Shown here piece after piece: positions 1 to 9,020 of a DNA stretch of 64,000 nt. Positions within the stretch are counted from its first letter, which is position 1. Every line of letters begins with the position of its first letter. The stretch spans positions 49,906 to 113,905 of the forward strand of contig JAJPHE010000055.1 in NCBI GenBank assembly GCA_021325435.1. The letters are read 5' to 3'. The stretch comes from Actinomycetota bacterium. Lineage in GTDB: Bacteria > Actinomycetota > Acidimicrobiia > Acidimicrobiales > JAJPHE01. The notes beneath the pieces were generated by a model, which was not told where the DNA came from, searched no databases, and was given only the letters and a program-made list of their open reading frames with translations. A program made the position numbers and the translations under genes.

Positions 1-1505
1 GACACCACCATTTCGAGGGTTTCCCATTCGTCGTCGCCGAGCAGCGCCAGGTCGTCGGAGACGATGGCGAATCCGCCGGTGCCGGCCACCACCGCCGCCT
101 GGAGACGACGCTGCCAGGGCTCCAACCCGGTCTGGGTGGGTCGGAGCATGAGGCAGTCCGGGTCGTTGGCCCACAAGCGACGGTGCAGCGGAGCCCGCAG
201 CAGGGTCGCCGCCAGGGCGTTGCGCAGCGACGGCAATGTCTCGTCGAACCCCGCCAGCCGGTGCTCGGAGGCCCAGGTGGGGGCCACGTCCGCCGACACC
301 CGCATGGCGTCGACGACTCCGACGGCGGGGCCGAAGGGACAGCCGCAGCCAAGGAGGAAAGCGTCGTCCCCGATCCCGTCGCGCACCGCCTGCAGTCCGA
401 GTCGGAGGGCGCCAGCCCTCGTCGCCGACCCGTCGTGACGCAACCCCGGGGCGGCCGCCGCGTAGCAGAAGTCGATCTTGTGGTAGTCGAAGCCTTCGGC
501 CCGCAGGGCGGTGAAGGTCGATCGCAGGTAATCGAGTGCACCCGGATGGGTGGTGTCGAGGGCGTGGGCCCACCCGCCCCACTGCGGGTTGTAGGCGGAA
601 CGCACGGGCAGGCCGTCGGGCCGGCGCACCAGCCAGTCGGGGTGCCGGCCCGCCACCGCGCTGTTCTCGGCCACGAGGAAAGGCGCCGTCCACAGACCTG
701 GCGTCAGGCCCCGGGCCCGGATCCGTCCGGCGGCCGCGGCGGTGCCGCCGGGCCAACCCGGCGCGGCGCGGGTCCAGTCGCCGATGGCTGCCTGCCAGCC
801 GTCGTCGATCTGAACCATCCCCAGTCGGTGGCTGGACGCCAACCGGGTGTTGTCGTCCACGTCCCGTGGGGTGACCCGGTCGAAGTAGTGGTACCAGGAG
901 CACCAACCGGTCGGCGCCGTAGCCGCCGGCCGCGCCTGGCCCGTCGCTCCCCACCGTTCGGCGTAGGCCGAGTACAACGGGCCGGGCTCTCCCCCGGAGA
1001 TCCATAACGGGTCCAATTGCAGCTCGGCGCCCGGCGCGATGGCGGTGGAGTCGAGCAGGGCCCAGGCGACCAACCCGTCGGGTCGGGCCTCGACGGTGGA
1101 GAGGTGGCGACCACCGGCGAGAAATCCGGCCACCCCGGCGTCCCAGAGCAGGAACTGGTCGCCGTTGACCGTCTCTCCAGCGGAGTCCGGGTCCGCCAGG
1201 TGCATCCGTTTCACCAGCCCGGGCGACGACGCCCGCTCCGGCCGGCGGTCGGTCGGGGAGCAACGGCGGACGACCGACCAGCTCTGCCACCCGTGCTCGA
1301 GCACCTGGGCCAGCGATGCAGGGACAACCATCCCGACCCGGCCGGGCACGACCTCGGCGCGCCCCGGGTTTCGCAGCGTCACCTCGAGGCGGAGACCGGG
1401 CGGATCGTCGGCCAGTCTGGTCTCGAGCTCGACGCCGCCGGCGGCGGCGAGGCGCCGGAACGGCACCCGCTCACCACCGACGACCAGACCGTCGGGTTCC
1501 AGCAC
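1..1505 (-). CDS. alpha-galactosidase, GH36/melibiase-like (C-terminal end runs off the window start)
   Basis: Absent from the ORF track because it is open at the window edge. My minus-strand translation from GTG 1505 gives HGWQSWS, GWCSWYHYF, MVQIDDGWQ, YHKIDF and ANDPDCL, the GH36 core motifs. GTG 1505 is the first start codon after an in-frame TAG near 1600. Confidence 0.7.
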   Translation of the reverse strand, partial: MLEPDGLVVGGERVPFRRLAAAGGVELETRLADDPPGLRLEVTLRNPGRAEVVPGRVGMVVPASLAQVLEHGWQSWSVVRRCSPTDRRPERASSPGLVKRMHLADPDSAGETVNGDQFLLWDAGVAGFLAGGRHLSTVEARPDGLVAWALLDSTAIAPGAELQLDPLWISGGEPGPLYSAYAERWGATGQARPAATAPTGWCSWYHYFDRVTPRDVDDNTRLASSHRLGMVQIDDGWQAAIGDWTRAAPGWPGGTAAAAGRIRARGLTPGLWTAPFLVAENSAVAGRHPDWLVRRPDGLPVRSAYNPQWGGWAHALDTTHPGALDYLRSTFTALRAEGFDYHKIDFCYAAAAPGLRHDGSATRAGALRLGLQAVRDGIGDDAFLLGCGCPFGPAVGVVDAMRVSADVAPTWASEHRLAGFDETLPSLRNALAATLLRAPLHRRLWANDPDCLMLRPTQTGLEPWQRRLQAAVVAGTGGFAIVSDDLALLGDDEWETLEMVV

Positions 1506-1669
1506 GGGCGCACTGTACCGGCGATTAGCCCTTGTATTTCGGGCCTGTTCGTGGTGCGATGGGCCCTTGGCCGGTAGAAATGCTCGGGAATTCGGCCACT
1601 ATCCGCGCCTCGCGGCGTGGGGCGAACCACAATGACGCCTGTCGTAGCCCCCATGGAGGAGATCTGCAG

Positions 1670-2089
1670 ATGAATCGACGTGATCTGGTCAAGGCTGTTG
1701 CGGCCCATACGGGTCTGGACGGCAGGCACGTGGACGCCGCCCTGAAGGGTTTTCAGGACGTCGTCACGGCAGTCGTCTCGAAGGGCGAGCCGGTGTCGAT
1801 CAGCGGCTTCGCCAAGTTCGCCAAGATCGAGCGCCCGGCCCGTATGGGTCGCAACCCCGCCACCGGCGAGCAGATCCGCATCAAGGCCTCCAAGAAGGCC
1901 CGGATCACCCCGATGAAGGGGTTCAAGGACGCGGTCATGAGCCCCAGCCAGGCGCCCAAGCTCGGCAGGGGCGTGTGGCCGCCCGCCCCGGCCGCGGCCC
2001 CGGCCAAGAAGACGGTCAGCCGCGCTCCGGCGAAGAAGGCGCCGGCCCGCAAGGCCCCGGCCAAGAAGACGGCCGCTCGCAAGCGCTAG
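1670..2089 (+). CDS. hup: HU-family nucleoid protein with Lys/Ala-rich C-terminal tail (HupB/Hlp type)
   Basis: MNRRDLVKAV...FAKFAKIERPARMGRNPATGE is the HU fold signature. The tail is PAKKTVSRAPAKKAPARKAPAKKTAARKR. GGAGGA at 1655-1660 lies 9 nt upstream of ATG 1670. The track ORF (1532) is over-extended. Confidence 0.9.
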   Translation: MNRRDLVKAVAAHTGLDGRHVDAALKGFQDVVTAVVSKGEPVSISGFAKFAKIERPARMGRNPATGEQIRIKASKKARITPMKGFKDAVMSPSQAPKLGRGVWPPAPAAAPAKKTVSRAPAKKAPARKAPAKKTAARKR

Positions 2090-2103
2090 CCCCCGGTCTA
2101 GGT

Positions 2104-2136
2104 CCGGTGGTGGGTCGCCCGCCGCCCCACCACCGG
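2104..2136 (+). terminator. hairpin after the HU gene (11-bp stem CCGGTGGTGGG/CCCACCACCGG, 11-nt loop)
   Basis: Perfect inverted repeat 2104-2114 / 2126-2136, 15 nt after the HU stop. There is no U-tract, which is common in high-GC actinobacteria. Confidence 0.4.
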
Positions 2137-2147
2137 ACGCCTGAGGT

Positions 2148-3221
2148 ATGACCCAGCCCGCCGATGTGGTGGTTGTCGGCGCCGGCGCCATGGGGTCGGC
2201 GACCGCGTGGTGGCTGGCCCGGGCCGGACGTCAGGTCGTGCTCCTCGATCGCCACCCGCGGGGCCATACCCTCGGCAGCTCGCACGGTGGATCGCGGATC
2301 TTCCGCCTCGCCTATCCCCATCCGGCGTGGGTCGCTACGGCCCAGGAGGCGCTGGGGTTGTGGCGCCAGTTGGAGGAGGAGGCGGGGACGGAGCTGCTCC
2401 TCGTGCGGGGTGGCGTGGATCATGGAGCCCGCCCGGCGGTGGAGGCCGTGGCCTCGGCCCTGGCCGCCCGAGGCGCCCGTCACGAGATGCTCTCGGCTGC
2501 GGAAGCGGCGCAGCGGTGGCCAGGAATGCGCTTCCGGGGACCGGTATGCCACCAGCCCGACGCCGGCACCGTGCTCGCCGACCGGGCCGTTCACACCCTG
2601 CAGGAGCGAGTGGCGGACCTCGGCGGCCTGGTCCGCTTCTCGAGTCCCGTCACCTCGGTCGAGTCCGACGCCGGCGAGATCGTCGTGAGCTGCGCCGACG
2701 ACGACTTCCGGGCCGGTGCCGTGGTCGTCACCGCCGGCGCCTGGGCTCCGTCGCTGATCCCCGACCTGCCCGGCCGGCCCGTGGTTCCCCCCATGACGGT
2801 GACCCAGGAGCAGACGTTCCACTTCGCCCCCGCCCCGTCCGGTGCGCCGACCCGATGGCCGAGCTTCATCCACCACCGGTCCCCGGTGATCTACGGCCTC
2901 GAGACGCCGGGCGAAGGGGTGAAGGTCGCCGAGCACATGGCCGGTCGGGTCCTGGCCCACCCCGACGACCGTTTCGACGGTGTCGACCCGGCGGCCCGGC
3001 CGAGGGTGCGCACCTACGTCGAGAGGTGGTTGCCGGGCCTCGTGCCGGTTCCGGTGACCGAGTCGACATGCCTGTACACCACCACCCCCGACGAGAGCTT
3101 CGTCATCACCAGGCGCCAGCGGGTGGTGATCGGTGCCGGGTTCTCGGGCCACGGCTTCAAGTTCGTGCCGTGGGTCGGCCGGCGGCTGGCGGACCTGGCC
3201 GAGGAGGCGCTAGCGGGCTGA
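2148..3221 (+). CDS. FAD-dependent amine oxidase, monomeric sarcosine oxidase / N-methyltryptophan oxidase-like
   Basis: N-terminal VVVVGAGAMGSATAWWLARAG dinucleotide fold and C-terminal GFSGHGFKF motif typical of the MSOX/SolA family. Confidence 0.7.
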   Translation: MTQPADVVVVGAGAMGSATAWWLARAGRQVVLLDRHPRGHTLGSSHGGSRIFRLAYPHPAWVATAQEALGLWRQLEEEAGTELLLVRGGVDHGARPAVEAVASALAARGARHEMLSAAEAAQRWPGMRFRGPVCHQPDAGTVLADRAVHTLQERVADLGGLVRFSSPVTSVESDAGEIVVSCADDDFRAGAVVVTAGAWAPSLIPDLPGRPVVPPMTVTQEQTFHFAPAPSGAPTRWPSFIHHRSPVIYGLETPGEGVKVAEHMAGRVLAHPDDRFDGVDPAARPRVRTYVERWLPGLVPVPVTESTCLYTTTPDESFVITRRQRVVIGAGFSGHGFKFVPWVGRRLADLAEEALAG

Positions 3222-4484
3222 TCCGCCGGTGGTGGCCCGGGCCCGGCGGACCTCCGGGTTGTAGCAGATGCCCTTCATTCCGAGCATCTGCGCCGGCACG
3301 CACAGGTTGGAGCTGCGGCAGAGTCGGGGACCGGGGTCGCCGTCGAGGATGCGGGCGGCCAGGTCGGGCTCGGCATAGAAGGGCCGGCCGATGCCGACCA
3401 TGTCGGCCTCTCCTTCCTGCAGGATGGTGGTCACCTCCTCGGCGGTCCGGATCCCTCCGACGGCGAAGACGGGGATCGACACCTGTCGTTTGGCCGCGCT
3501 GAACAGGTCGCGGTTCCAGACCGGCCGGAAGGCGGCCTGCTTACCTCCGAGCCACGACCCGGCAAGGATGGCCGTGCGCCGCCTCCGGCTGGGAGCCGCC
3601 CGCCGCAGCCGGTCGCGCATCGAGCGATTGGTCCAGAACGACCGGGGCACGCCCCCCCGGCTGAGCGTGGTGTCCGGGAACACCGATACGTGCACGGGCG
3701 TCACCGCGTCGAAGCCGAACTCCTCCACCAGCCGGCACAGCTCGAGCGCCTCGGCGGGGGAGGTGCGAGCCGTGAGCGGCGGGGACTTCTCGCACGGCAC
3801 CTTCACCGCGCACGGGTAGTCAGCCCCGGCCCGGGCAGCCACCTCAGCGCGGATCAGCTCTAGAAGGCGGGCCCGGTTGCGCAGCGTGCCGCCGAACTCG
3901 TCGCGACGGTGGTTGAAGAAGGGCGACAGGAACTGATCGAGCAGCTTGGCGTTGGCTGATCCCAGTTGGACGCCGTCGTAGCCGGCCTCGCGGGCCCAGG
4001 CGGCCACATCGCCGAACCGACGGGCGAGGTCGCGAACCTCGTCGGTGGTGAGGACGTGCACCGGCACGCCCCGGAACGCCGGTTTGAGCAGCCAGGGCAC
4101 CGGCGAGGCAGCCAACAGCGGGCCCTTGCGGGCGGAGGCGTAGGGCTCGTGCCAGGCCTCCATGGCGAAAATGCCGCCGTGGCCGAGCTGCAGGAAGATG
4201 GACGCCCCGGCCTGCTGCACGGCCCGCACCATGGGTGAGAGTTCCATGACCTGCCGACGGTTGGCGACCACCGTCATACCGGGCGACGTCCGGCCCTCCT
4301 CCAGGACACAGGAGCTGCCCTGGATGATGAGGCCGACCCCGGCGGTGGCGTTCTCGACGAAGTGGCGGGCGTAGATTTCGGCGGCGTCGGGCCCCGAGCC
4401 GGCGCCTTCGAGCACCGGCGCCCGGTAGAGGCGGTTGCGCACCAGGGAGCCGCCGATGCGCAGTGGGGTACGCACGTTGGTCAT
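3210..4484 (-). CDS. NADH:flavin oxidoreductase, Old Yellow Enzyme family
   Basis: RNRLYRAPV...LIIQGSSCV...FLQLGHGG...GYDGVQLGSANAKLLDQFLSP pattern. ATG 4484 is preferred over GTG 4487 because of the -10 spacing. Confidence 0.8.
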   Translation of the reverse strand: MTNVRTPLRIGGSLVRNRLYRAPVLEGAGSGPDAAEIYARHFVENATAGVGLIIQGSSCVLEEGRTSPGMTVVANRRQVMELSPMVRAVQQAGASIFLQLGHGGIFAMEAWHEPYASARKGPLLAASPVPWLLKPAFRGVPVHVLTTDEVRDLARRFGDVAAWAREAGYDGVQLGSANAKLLDQFLSPFFNHRRDEFGGTLRNRARLLELIRAEVAARAGADYPCAVKVPCEKSPPLTARTSPAEALELCRLVEEFGFDAVTPVHVSVFPDTTLSRGGVPRSFWTNRSMRDRLRRAAPSRRRRTAILAGSWLGGKQAAFRPVWNRDLFSAAKRQVSIPVFAVGGIRTAEEVTTILQEGEADMVGIGRPFYAEPDLAARILDGDPGPRLCRSSNLCVPAQMLGMKGICYNPEVRRARATTGGSAR

Positions 4485-4491
4485 CACCGGA

Positions 4492-4497
4492 AACCTA
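4492..4497 (-). promoter_or_regulatory. -10 hexamer TAGGTT, 7 nt upstream of ATG 4484 (leaderless candidate)
   Basis: TANNNT match with no SD between it and the start codon. Confidence 0.35.
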
Positions 4498-4542
4498 CCG
4501 AGGTCTCGATAGGGTCACACTCGTGCACCCCGGCAACACCGA

Positions 4543-4576
4543 TGCTGAGTCCTGACTGGTGCTGAGTCCCGACTGG
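4543..4576 (+). repeat. 17-bp tandem duplication TGCTGAGTCCYGACTGG x2 at a gene 5' end
   Basis: Copy 1 is 4543-4559 and copy 2 is 4560-4576, with 16/17 identical (T4553 vs C4570). Confidence 0.85.
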
Positions 4577-4966
4577 GCCGACGTCCGGCTGTTCCTGCAC
4601 GTCATGGCGGCCGCCGTGTGGGTCGGCGGACAGCTCACCCTGGCCGGACTGGTGCCGGGGTTGCGGGGGATCTCCGCCGACGCACCGAGAGCCGTGGCCC
4701 GGGCCTTCGCCATCCGCCTGGCCTGGCCGGCGTTCGTCCTTCTGCTCGGCACCGGCGTGTGGAACATGGTGGCCGTGCACGCCGGGTCAAAGGACCAAGC
4801 CTGGAAGGTCACCCTCTGGGTCAAGCTGGGCGTGGTTGCTGTGTCGGGCGTCTCGGCCTACGCCCACAGCCGGGCTCGCAGCCGGGCCCCGCTGGCGGTG
4901 TGGGGCGCCCTGACGGGCCTGTCGGCCATGCTGGCCCTCTTCCTCGGGGTGATGCTGGCCGATTGA
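4559..4966 (+). CDS. hypothetical integral membrane protein (about 4 TM)
   Basis: Hydrophobic segments VMAAAVWVGGQLTLAGLV, WPAFVLLLGTGVWNMVAV, LGVVAVSGVSAY and LSAMLALFLGVML. The GTG start is created at the junction of the 17-bp duplication. Confidence 0.5.
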   Translation: MLSPDWADVRLFLHVMAAAVWVGGQLTLAGLVPGLRGISADAPRAVARAFAIRLAWPAFVLLLGTGVWNMVAVHAGSKDQAWKVTLWVKLGVVAVSGVSAYAHSRARSRAPLAVWGALTGLSAMLALFLGVMLAD

Positions 4967-4967
4967 C

Positions 4968-5819
4968 CTACGACGGCCGGGCCGACTCGAGGTCGGCGGT
5001 CGACTGCCCGCTGAACTGGAAGGGGCCGTAACTGCCCTTGGTCTGGGTCTGGACGTGGGTGGAGAAGCGGATGGCAGGGTCGAACCAGTCCTGCTCGTTG
5101 ATGGTGGACTCCAGCGATCCGTGGGTGACGATGGTGCTGTCGATCACGTAGGTCAGCACCGACGCCCCATCGAGGGTGACCTGGCGGGTGCCGTCCACCC
5201 GACCGTTGACCTGTGCGGTGAAGCTCCCGCAGTTGCCGTTGCCGGCGAAGGTGGAACCGACCTTGGCCGGCCACGGCGGCGAAGGCAGCGGCGGGTTGAA
5301 GGTGCACGTGAACGAGACGGTCTGGCCCCCGGTCGTCGAGCGGTCGACGGTCGTGACTATGAACATGCCGTCGGGGCGGAACAGCAGGGTCGTGTCCGAC
5401 GGCGGCTTGCTCGGATCGACGTAGCGGTGGGTGACCTGGGTGCCGTCAGGCTTGGCCGGGTCCACCACGAAGGTGCCCTCGGCCGGAAGCTGCCCGGTCT
5501 GGGTTCCGGCGGTGAAGCTGCCGGACTGGCGGTACCTGTAGGTGCCCGCGGCGATGGGCGCCGGGCCCGCCGGGGCCGATCCGCTCGACCGGCTGGGGGC
5601 GGCGGAGCCCGTGGCGGGAGCGACCGTGCTGGAGCCCGTCCCGTGGGCCGAAGTGCTGGTGGTGGTGGACGAGGCACCCGAACCGGCCGGGGCCGCCGCC
5701 GTCGTCGCCGAGCCAGCCTCGGTCGTGGTCGTGTGGTTGGCGGCTGTGTGGTTGGTCTGTGCGCCGCACCCGGCCAGCGCCAACGCCGCCGCCAGCACCC
5801 ACCACCTAGCTCCCCGCAT
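4968..5819 (-). CDS. secreted lipoprotein, unknown function
   Basis: Signal peptide plus lipobox (LALAGC), Ser/Thr/Ala-rich linker, GGAGGA SD 4 nt upstream of ATG 5819. Confidence 0.6.
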   Translation of the reverse strand: MRGARWWVLAAALALAGCGAQTNHTAANHTTTTEAGSATTAAAPAGSGASSTTTSTSAHGTGSSTVAPATGSAAPSRSSGSAPAGPAPIAAGTYRYRQSGSFTAGTQTGQLPAEGTFVVDPAKPDGTQVTHRYVDPSKPPSDTTLLFRPDGMFIVTTVDRSTTGGQTVSFTCTFNPPLPSPPWPAKVGSTFAGNGNCGSFTAQVNGRVDGTRQVTLDGASVLTYVIDSTIVTHGSLESTINEQDWFDPAIRFSTHVQTQTKGSYGPFQFSGQSTADLESARPS

Positions 5820-5887
5820 CCCGTCCTCCCCAGCGCCGTCGCCGGCGGCGTCCGCTCCCCGGCCGGCTCATGGTGCCAGGCGCAGGG

Positions 5888-7498
5888 TCAGGGCGACCAG
5901 CCCGGGATGACGTCGCGGCGGCGCCAACCGTACGCCGCCACCGCCGCCGCACTCAGCAGCAGGAGCGCGGCCCCGGCCATCGCCGGCGCCACCGTCCGCC
6001 GGGCGCGAACCGGCCGGGTCGCGACGGCCGCGGGGGCGGGCGGCACCGCGGCCAACGGCGCCCCCAGCCACGCCTCGACCGGCAGCGCGGCCGTCCGCCC
6101 GGCGCCGGCGTCGGCCTCCACGGTGACCTCGTAGAGGCCACGGTCATGTCCGGGCGGCAGGGGAACCGTGACGGTGCCGGCGCCCAGCACACGGGGGGGC
6201 AGGGCGACAGGATCGAGCCCTGGCTCTTCGACGGTGAGGTGGACCACGGCGGGGAGCGTCAGGGACAGGCGCAGAGCCCCGGGGGCGAGGTCGGTCGAGC
6301 TGATGGCCAGGGGCCCGGCGTAGGCAGTCGGCGGGGTGACCTCCACCGTCCCGTCCGGCCCGGGGCCGAGGGTCCACCACCCGGCAGCCATGACGGCGAG
6401 CGGGCGCCCGTCGGCCCCGACCACCTCGAACGGGCCATTGGCCCCGACGGTCAAGCTGGACAGGCCCGAGCCCAGCCCCACCTTGATGGTGGCCGGCTCC
6501 TGCCCGGGCAGGAGCCGGGTCGGCCTCACCCCCCCGTAGTAGGCGGCGACGATGTCGGCGGCGGACCAGCCCCGCTCCGCTTTGCCCAGGGCGCCGTACT
6601 GGCTGAGGCCCATGCCGTGTCCGAAGCCGCCGCCGTCTACGACCAGCTGGTCGCCCGAGCTGGAGACGGTGAAGCTCCAGCTCGGCAGGGGGTAGGGCAG
6701 CCCGGCGGGGGTGGGCAGGTTGGCGTTCACCATGTCGTGGAACGACGCCAGCGAGATCTGCTCGCTGCCGGTTGAGCCGTCGGCAGCCTGGAGGGCCAGG
6801 GTGAGGGTGCTGCCGTTCTGGCTCACCCCGGTGAGCGTCCAGTTGGCCGGAACGCCGAGGGCGGCGCCCACCGAGCTGAGGGGGGCGGTCCAGTGCCAGG
6901 AGTGCATGGGGCTGGTTGAGTCGTCGGGGTCCTCGACCGACGGCAGCCAGGGGACGCCACCGTCGCCGGTCCGGCCCCCGTTGCTGGACCCGTACATGGC
7001 CTCGATCACCTTGCCCTGGTAGAGCAGGACCTGGCCGGCGGTCGCCGTGACGGCCTGGGCCCAAGCCCGGTCGCCCGCCTCCCGTTCGCGGTCGAGTCCC
7101 CGGTAGACCTGGCAGGCGTCGGTGGCGCAGATCTGGGCCCCCGATGCGGAATCTGGCCGACGGACCAGCATCTCCCATAAGGCGTAGGTTCGGGCCGCGA
7201 TGGCCTGGGCCTGGAGAGCGGCGGCCGGCCAGGTGGGCGGCATCTCGGAGATCCCCTGCAGGTAGTCCTCAAACCCCACGTCGTTGACGACCGACAGTCC
7301 TCCTGGGTCGCGCGAGACCTGGATGGCCCCCCGGTAGGAGCCGAGGCCTTGTGCCGTCAGCACCGTGGCCCCGAGAGGCTGGAACCGGACAGGTGAGGCC
7401 TCCGACCAACCGGAGCCGGCCGCGCGCGCCTGCCCCCCGGGCCACAGCAGGGCGGCAGCCAGGGCGAGGGACGCGGCAACCCGCCAGAACGTTCGCAT
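5888..7498 (-). CDS. SpoIID/LytB-domain protein (cell-wall amidase enhancer-like) with C-terminal TM anchor
   Basis: FEDYLQGISEMP...AQAIAARTYAL...EAMYGSSNGG motifs. Signal peptide from M33 of the track ORF (MRTFWRVAASLALAAALL). C-terminal AGAALLLLSAAAVAAYGWRRRD. Confidence 0.75.
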   Translation of the reverse strand: MRTFWRVAASLALAAALLWPGGQARAAGSGWSEASPVRFQPLGATVLTAQGLGSYRGAIQVSRDPGGLSVVNDVGFEDYLQGISEMPPTWPAAALQAQAIAARTYALWEMLVRRPDSASGAQICATDACQVYRGLDREREAGDRAWAQAVTATAGQVLLYQGKVIEAMYGSSNGGRTGDGGVPWLPSVEDPDDSTSPMHSWHWTAPLSSVGAALGVPANWTLTGVSQNGSTLTLALQAADGSTGSEQISLASFHDMVNANLPTPAGLPYPLPSWSFTVSSSGDQLVVDGGGFGHGMGLSQYGALGKAERGWSAADIVAAYYGGVRPTRLLPGQEPATIKVGLGSGLSSLTVGANGPFEVVGADGRPLAVMAAGWWTLGPGPDGTVEVTPPTAYAGPLAISSTDLAPGALRLSLTLPAVVHLTVEEPGLDPVALPPRVLGAGTVTVPLPPGHDRGLYEVTVEADAGAGRTAALPVEAWLGAPLAAVPPAPAAVATRPVRARRTVAPAMAGAALLLLSAAAVAAYGWRRRDVIPGWSP

Positions 7499-7653
7499 CC
7501 GAGATCTCGCCGTAGGTCGAGGCCCCCGGTGGGGCCGCACCGGCCTCCAGCTTGATGGTTTCGGGCTGCGGTGGCAAGTGGGAGGACTAGTCACGACTGA
7601 CCATGGACGTAAACGCCCCGGTCCTTTAATGTCGCCGATCGGAGGTGGTGCGC

Positions 7654-7941
7654 ATGGCCGCCACGGTCACTGTCCGGCGAGGAGCTTCCGGCCGCGTCGA
7701 TCACTGGAGGAGTCGGGCGGCCTGCCGGCACATGCCCGCCGAGATGTTCTTCCCGATCGGCAGCAGCGGCATGGCCGCCGAGGAGGTGACGGCGGCCAAG
7801 GCCGTCTGCGCCGGCTGCCTCGTGTCCGGGCCCTGCCTCGACTTCGCTCTGGTCTCCCGTCAGGAGTTCGGCGTGTGGGGCGGCACGGACGAAGACGAGC
7901 GGCGGCTGCTTCTCCGGACCGCCCGCCGCACCCCGGGCTGA
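7654..7941 (+). CDS. whiB: WhiB-family (Wbl) Fe-S transcription factor
   Basis: C..C-X2-C-X5-C pattern (AACRH...VCAGCLVSGPC) and GVWGG turn. GGAGG at 7641-7645 lies 8 nt upstream of ATG 7654. Confidence 0.85.
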   Translation: MAATVTVRRGASGRVDHWRSRAACRHMPAEMFFPIGSSGMAAEEVTAAKAVCAGCLVSGPCLDFALVSRQEFGVWGGTDEDERRLLLRTARRTPG

Positions 7942-7975
7942 TCGGGCGGCCGTCGACCGACCGTCGGCCGGCGGC

Positions 7976-9016
7976 ATGAACCCGGACTCGTTCGATCCCG
8001 CCGAGGCCCTCGACCGGATCGCCTACCTCCTCGAGCGCCAGCGCCAGCCCAGCCACCGGGTCCGCGCCTTTCGCCGTGCCGCCGGGGTGGTGCGGGCCCT
8101 GCCTCCTAGGGACCTCGAGGCGCTGGCGTCGGCCGGGCGGCTTCGCTCTCTGGCCGGCATCGGCGAGTCGACCGAGCGGGTGATTACGGAGGCGCTGGCC
8201 GGGCAGACGCCCGCCTACCTGAGCCGGCTGGAGGACGAACCGGCTGAGGAGCTCGAGGGCGCCGCCGTCTCCCTTCGCCAAGCGGTACGAGGGGACTGCC
8301 ACGGCCACTCCGACTGGTCCGACGGGGGCAGCCCGATCGAGGAGATGGCCGCGGCTGCCGCCGCCCTGGGACACGAGTACTGGGCCCTCACCGACCACTC
8401 TCCCCGGCTGACGGTGGCCCACGGCCTCGATCCGGACCGGCTGCGGCGCCAGCTCGAGGTGGTGGGCGAGCTCAACCAGCGATTGGCCCGAGAGGGCGGG
8501 TTCCGGATCCTCACCGGCATCGAGGTCGACATCCTCGAGGACGGCCGGCTGGACCAGGAGGAGGAGCTCCTCGCCCGCCTCGACGTCGTCGTCGCCAGCG
8601 TTCACTCCAAGCTGCGCATGGAGGGCCCGGCCATGACGGCGCGGATGGTCCGGGCCGTGCAGAGTCCACACGTCGACATCCTCGGCCACTGCACCGGCAG
8701 GATCGTCGTCGGCCGGAGCCGTCCCCAGTCGGATTTCGACCCGGAGGCGGTCTTCGCCGCCTGCGCCGCTTCCGGGACGGCGGTGGAGATCAACTCGCGC
8801 CCCGAACGCCTCGACCCCCCACTGCCACTCCTGGAGAAGGCCCTTGAGGCCGGGTGCTTGATCGCCATCGACACCGACGCCCACGCCCCGGGTCAGCTCG
8901 AATGGCTGGGAAACGGCTGTCGGATCGCGGCCGACGCCGGCGTCGAGGCCGAGCGGGTCATCAACACCTGGGAGCGCGAGCGGCTGTTGGACTGGACTGC
9001 CTCCCGGACAGGCTGA
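7976..9016 (+). CDS. HhH + PHP-domain protein (PolX-related phosphoesterase lacking the polymerase core)
   Basis: The N-terminal RVRAFRRAAGVV...LAGIGESTERVI helix-hairpin-helix region is followed directly by CHGHSDWSDG...ALTDHSP...ASVHS...ILGHCTG...AIDTDAH PHP metal-binding motifs. Confidence 0.7.
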   Translation: MNPDSFDPAEALDRIAYLLERQRQPSHRVRAFRRAAGVVRALPPRDLEALASAGRLRSLAGIGESTERVITEALAGQTPAYLSRLEDEPAEELEGAAVSLRQAVRGDCHGHSDWSDGGSPIEEMAAAAAALGHEYWALTDHSPRLTVAHGLDPDRLRRQLEVVGELNQRLAREGGFRILTGIEVDILEDGRLDQEEELLARLDVVVASVHSKLRMEGPAMTARMVRAVQSPHVDILGHCTGRIVVGRSRPQSDFDPEAVFAACAASGTAVEINSRPERLDPPLPLLEKALEAGCLIAIDTDAHAPGQLEWLGNGCRIAADAGVEAERVINTWERERLLDWTASRTG

Positions 9017-9020
9017 CCGG

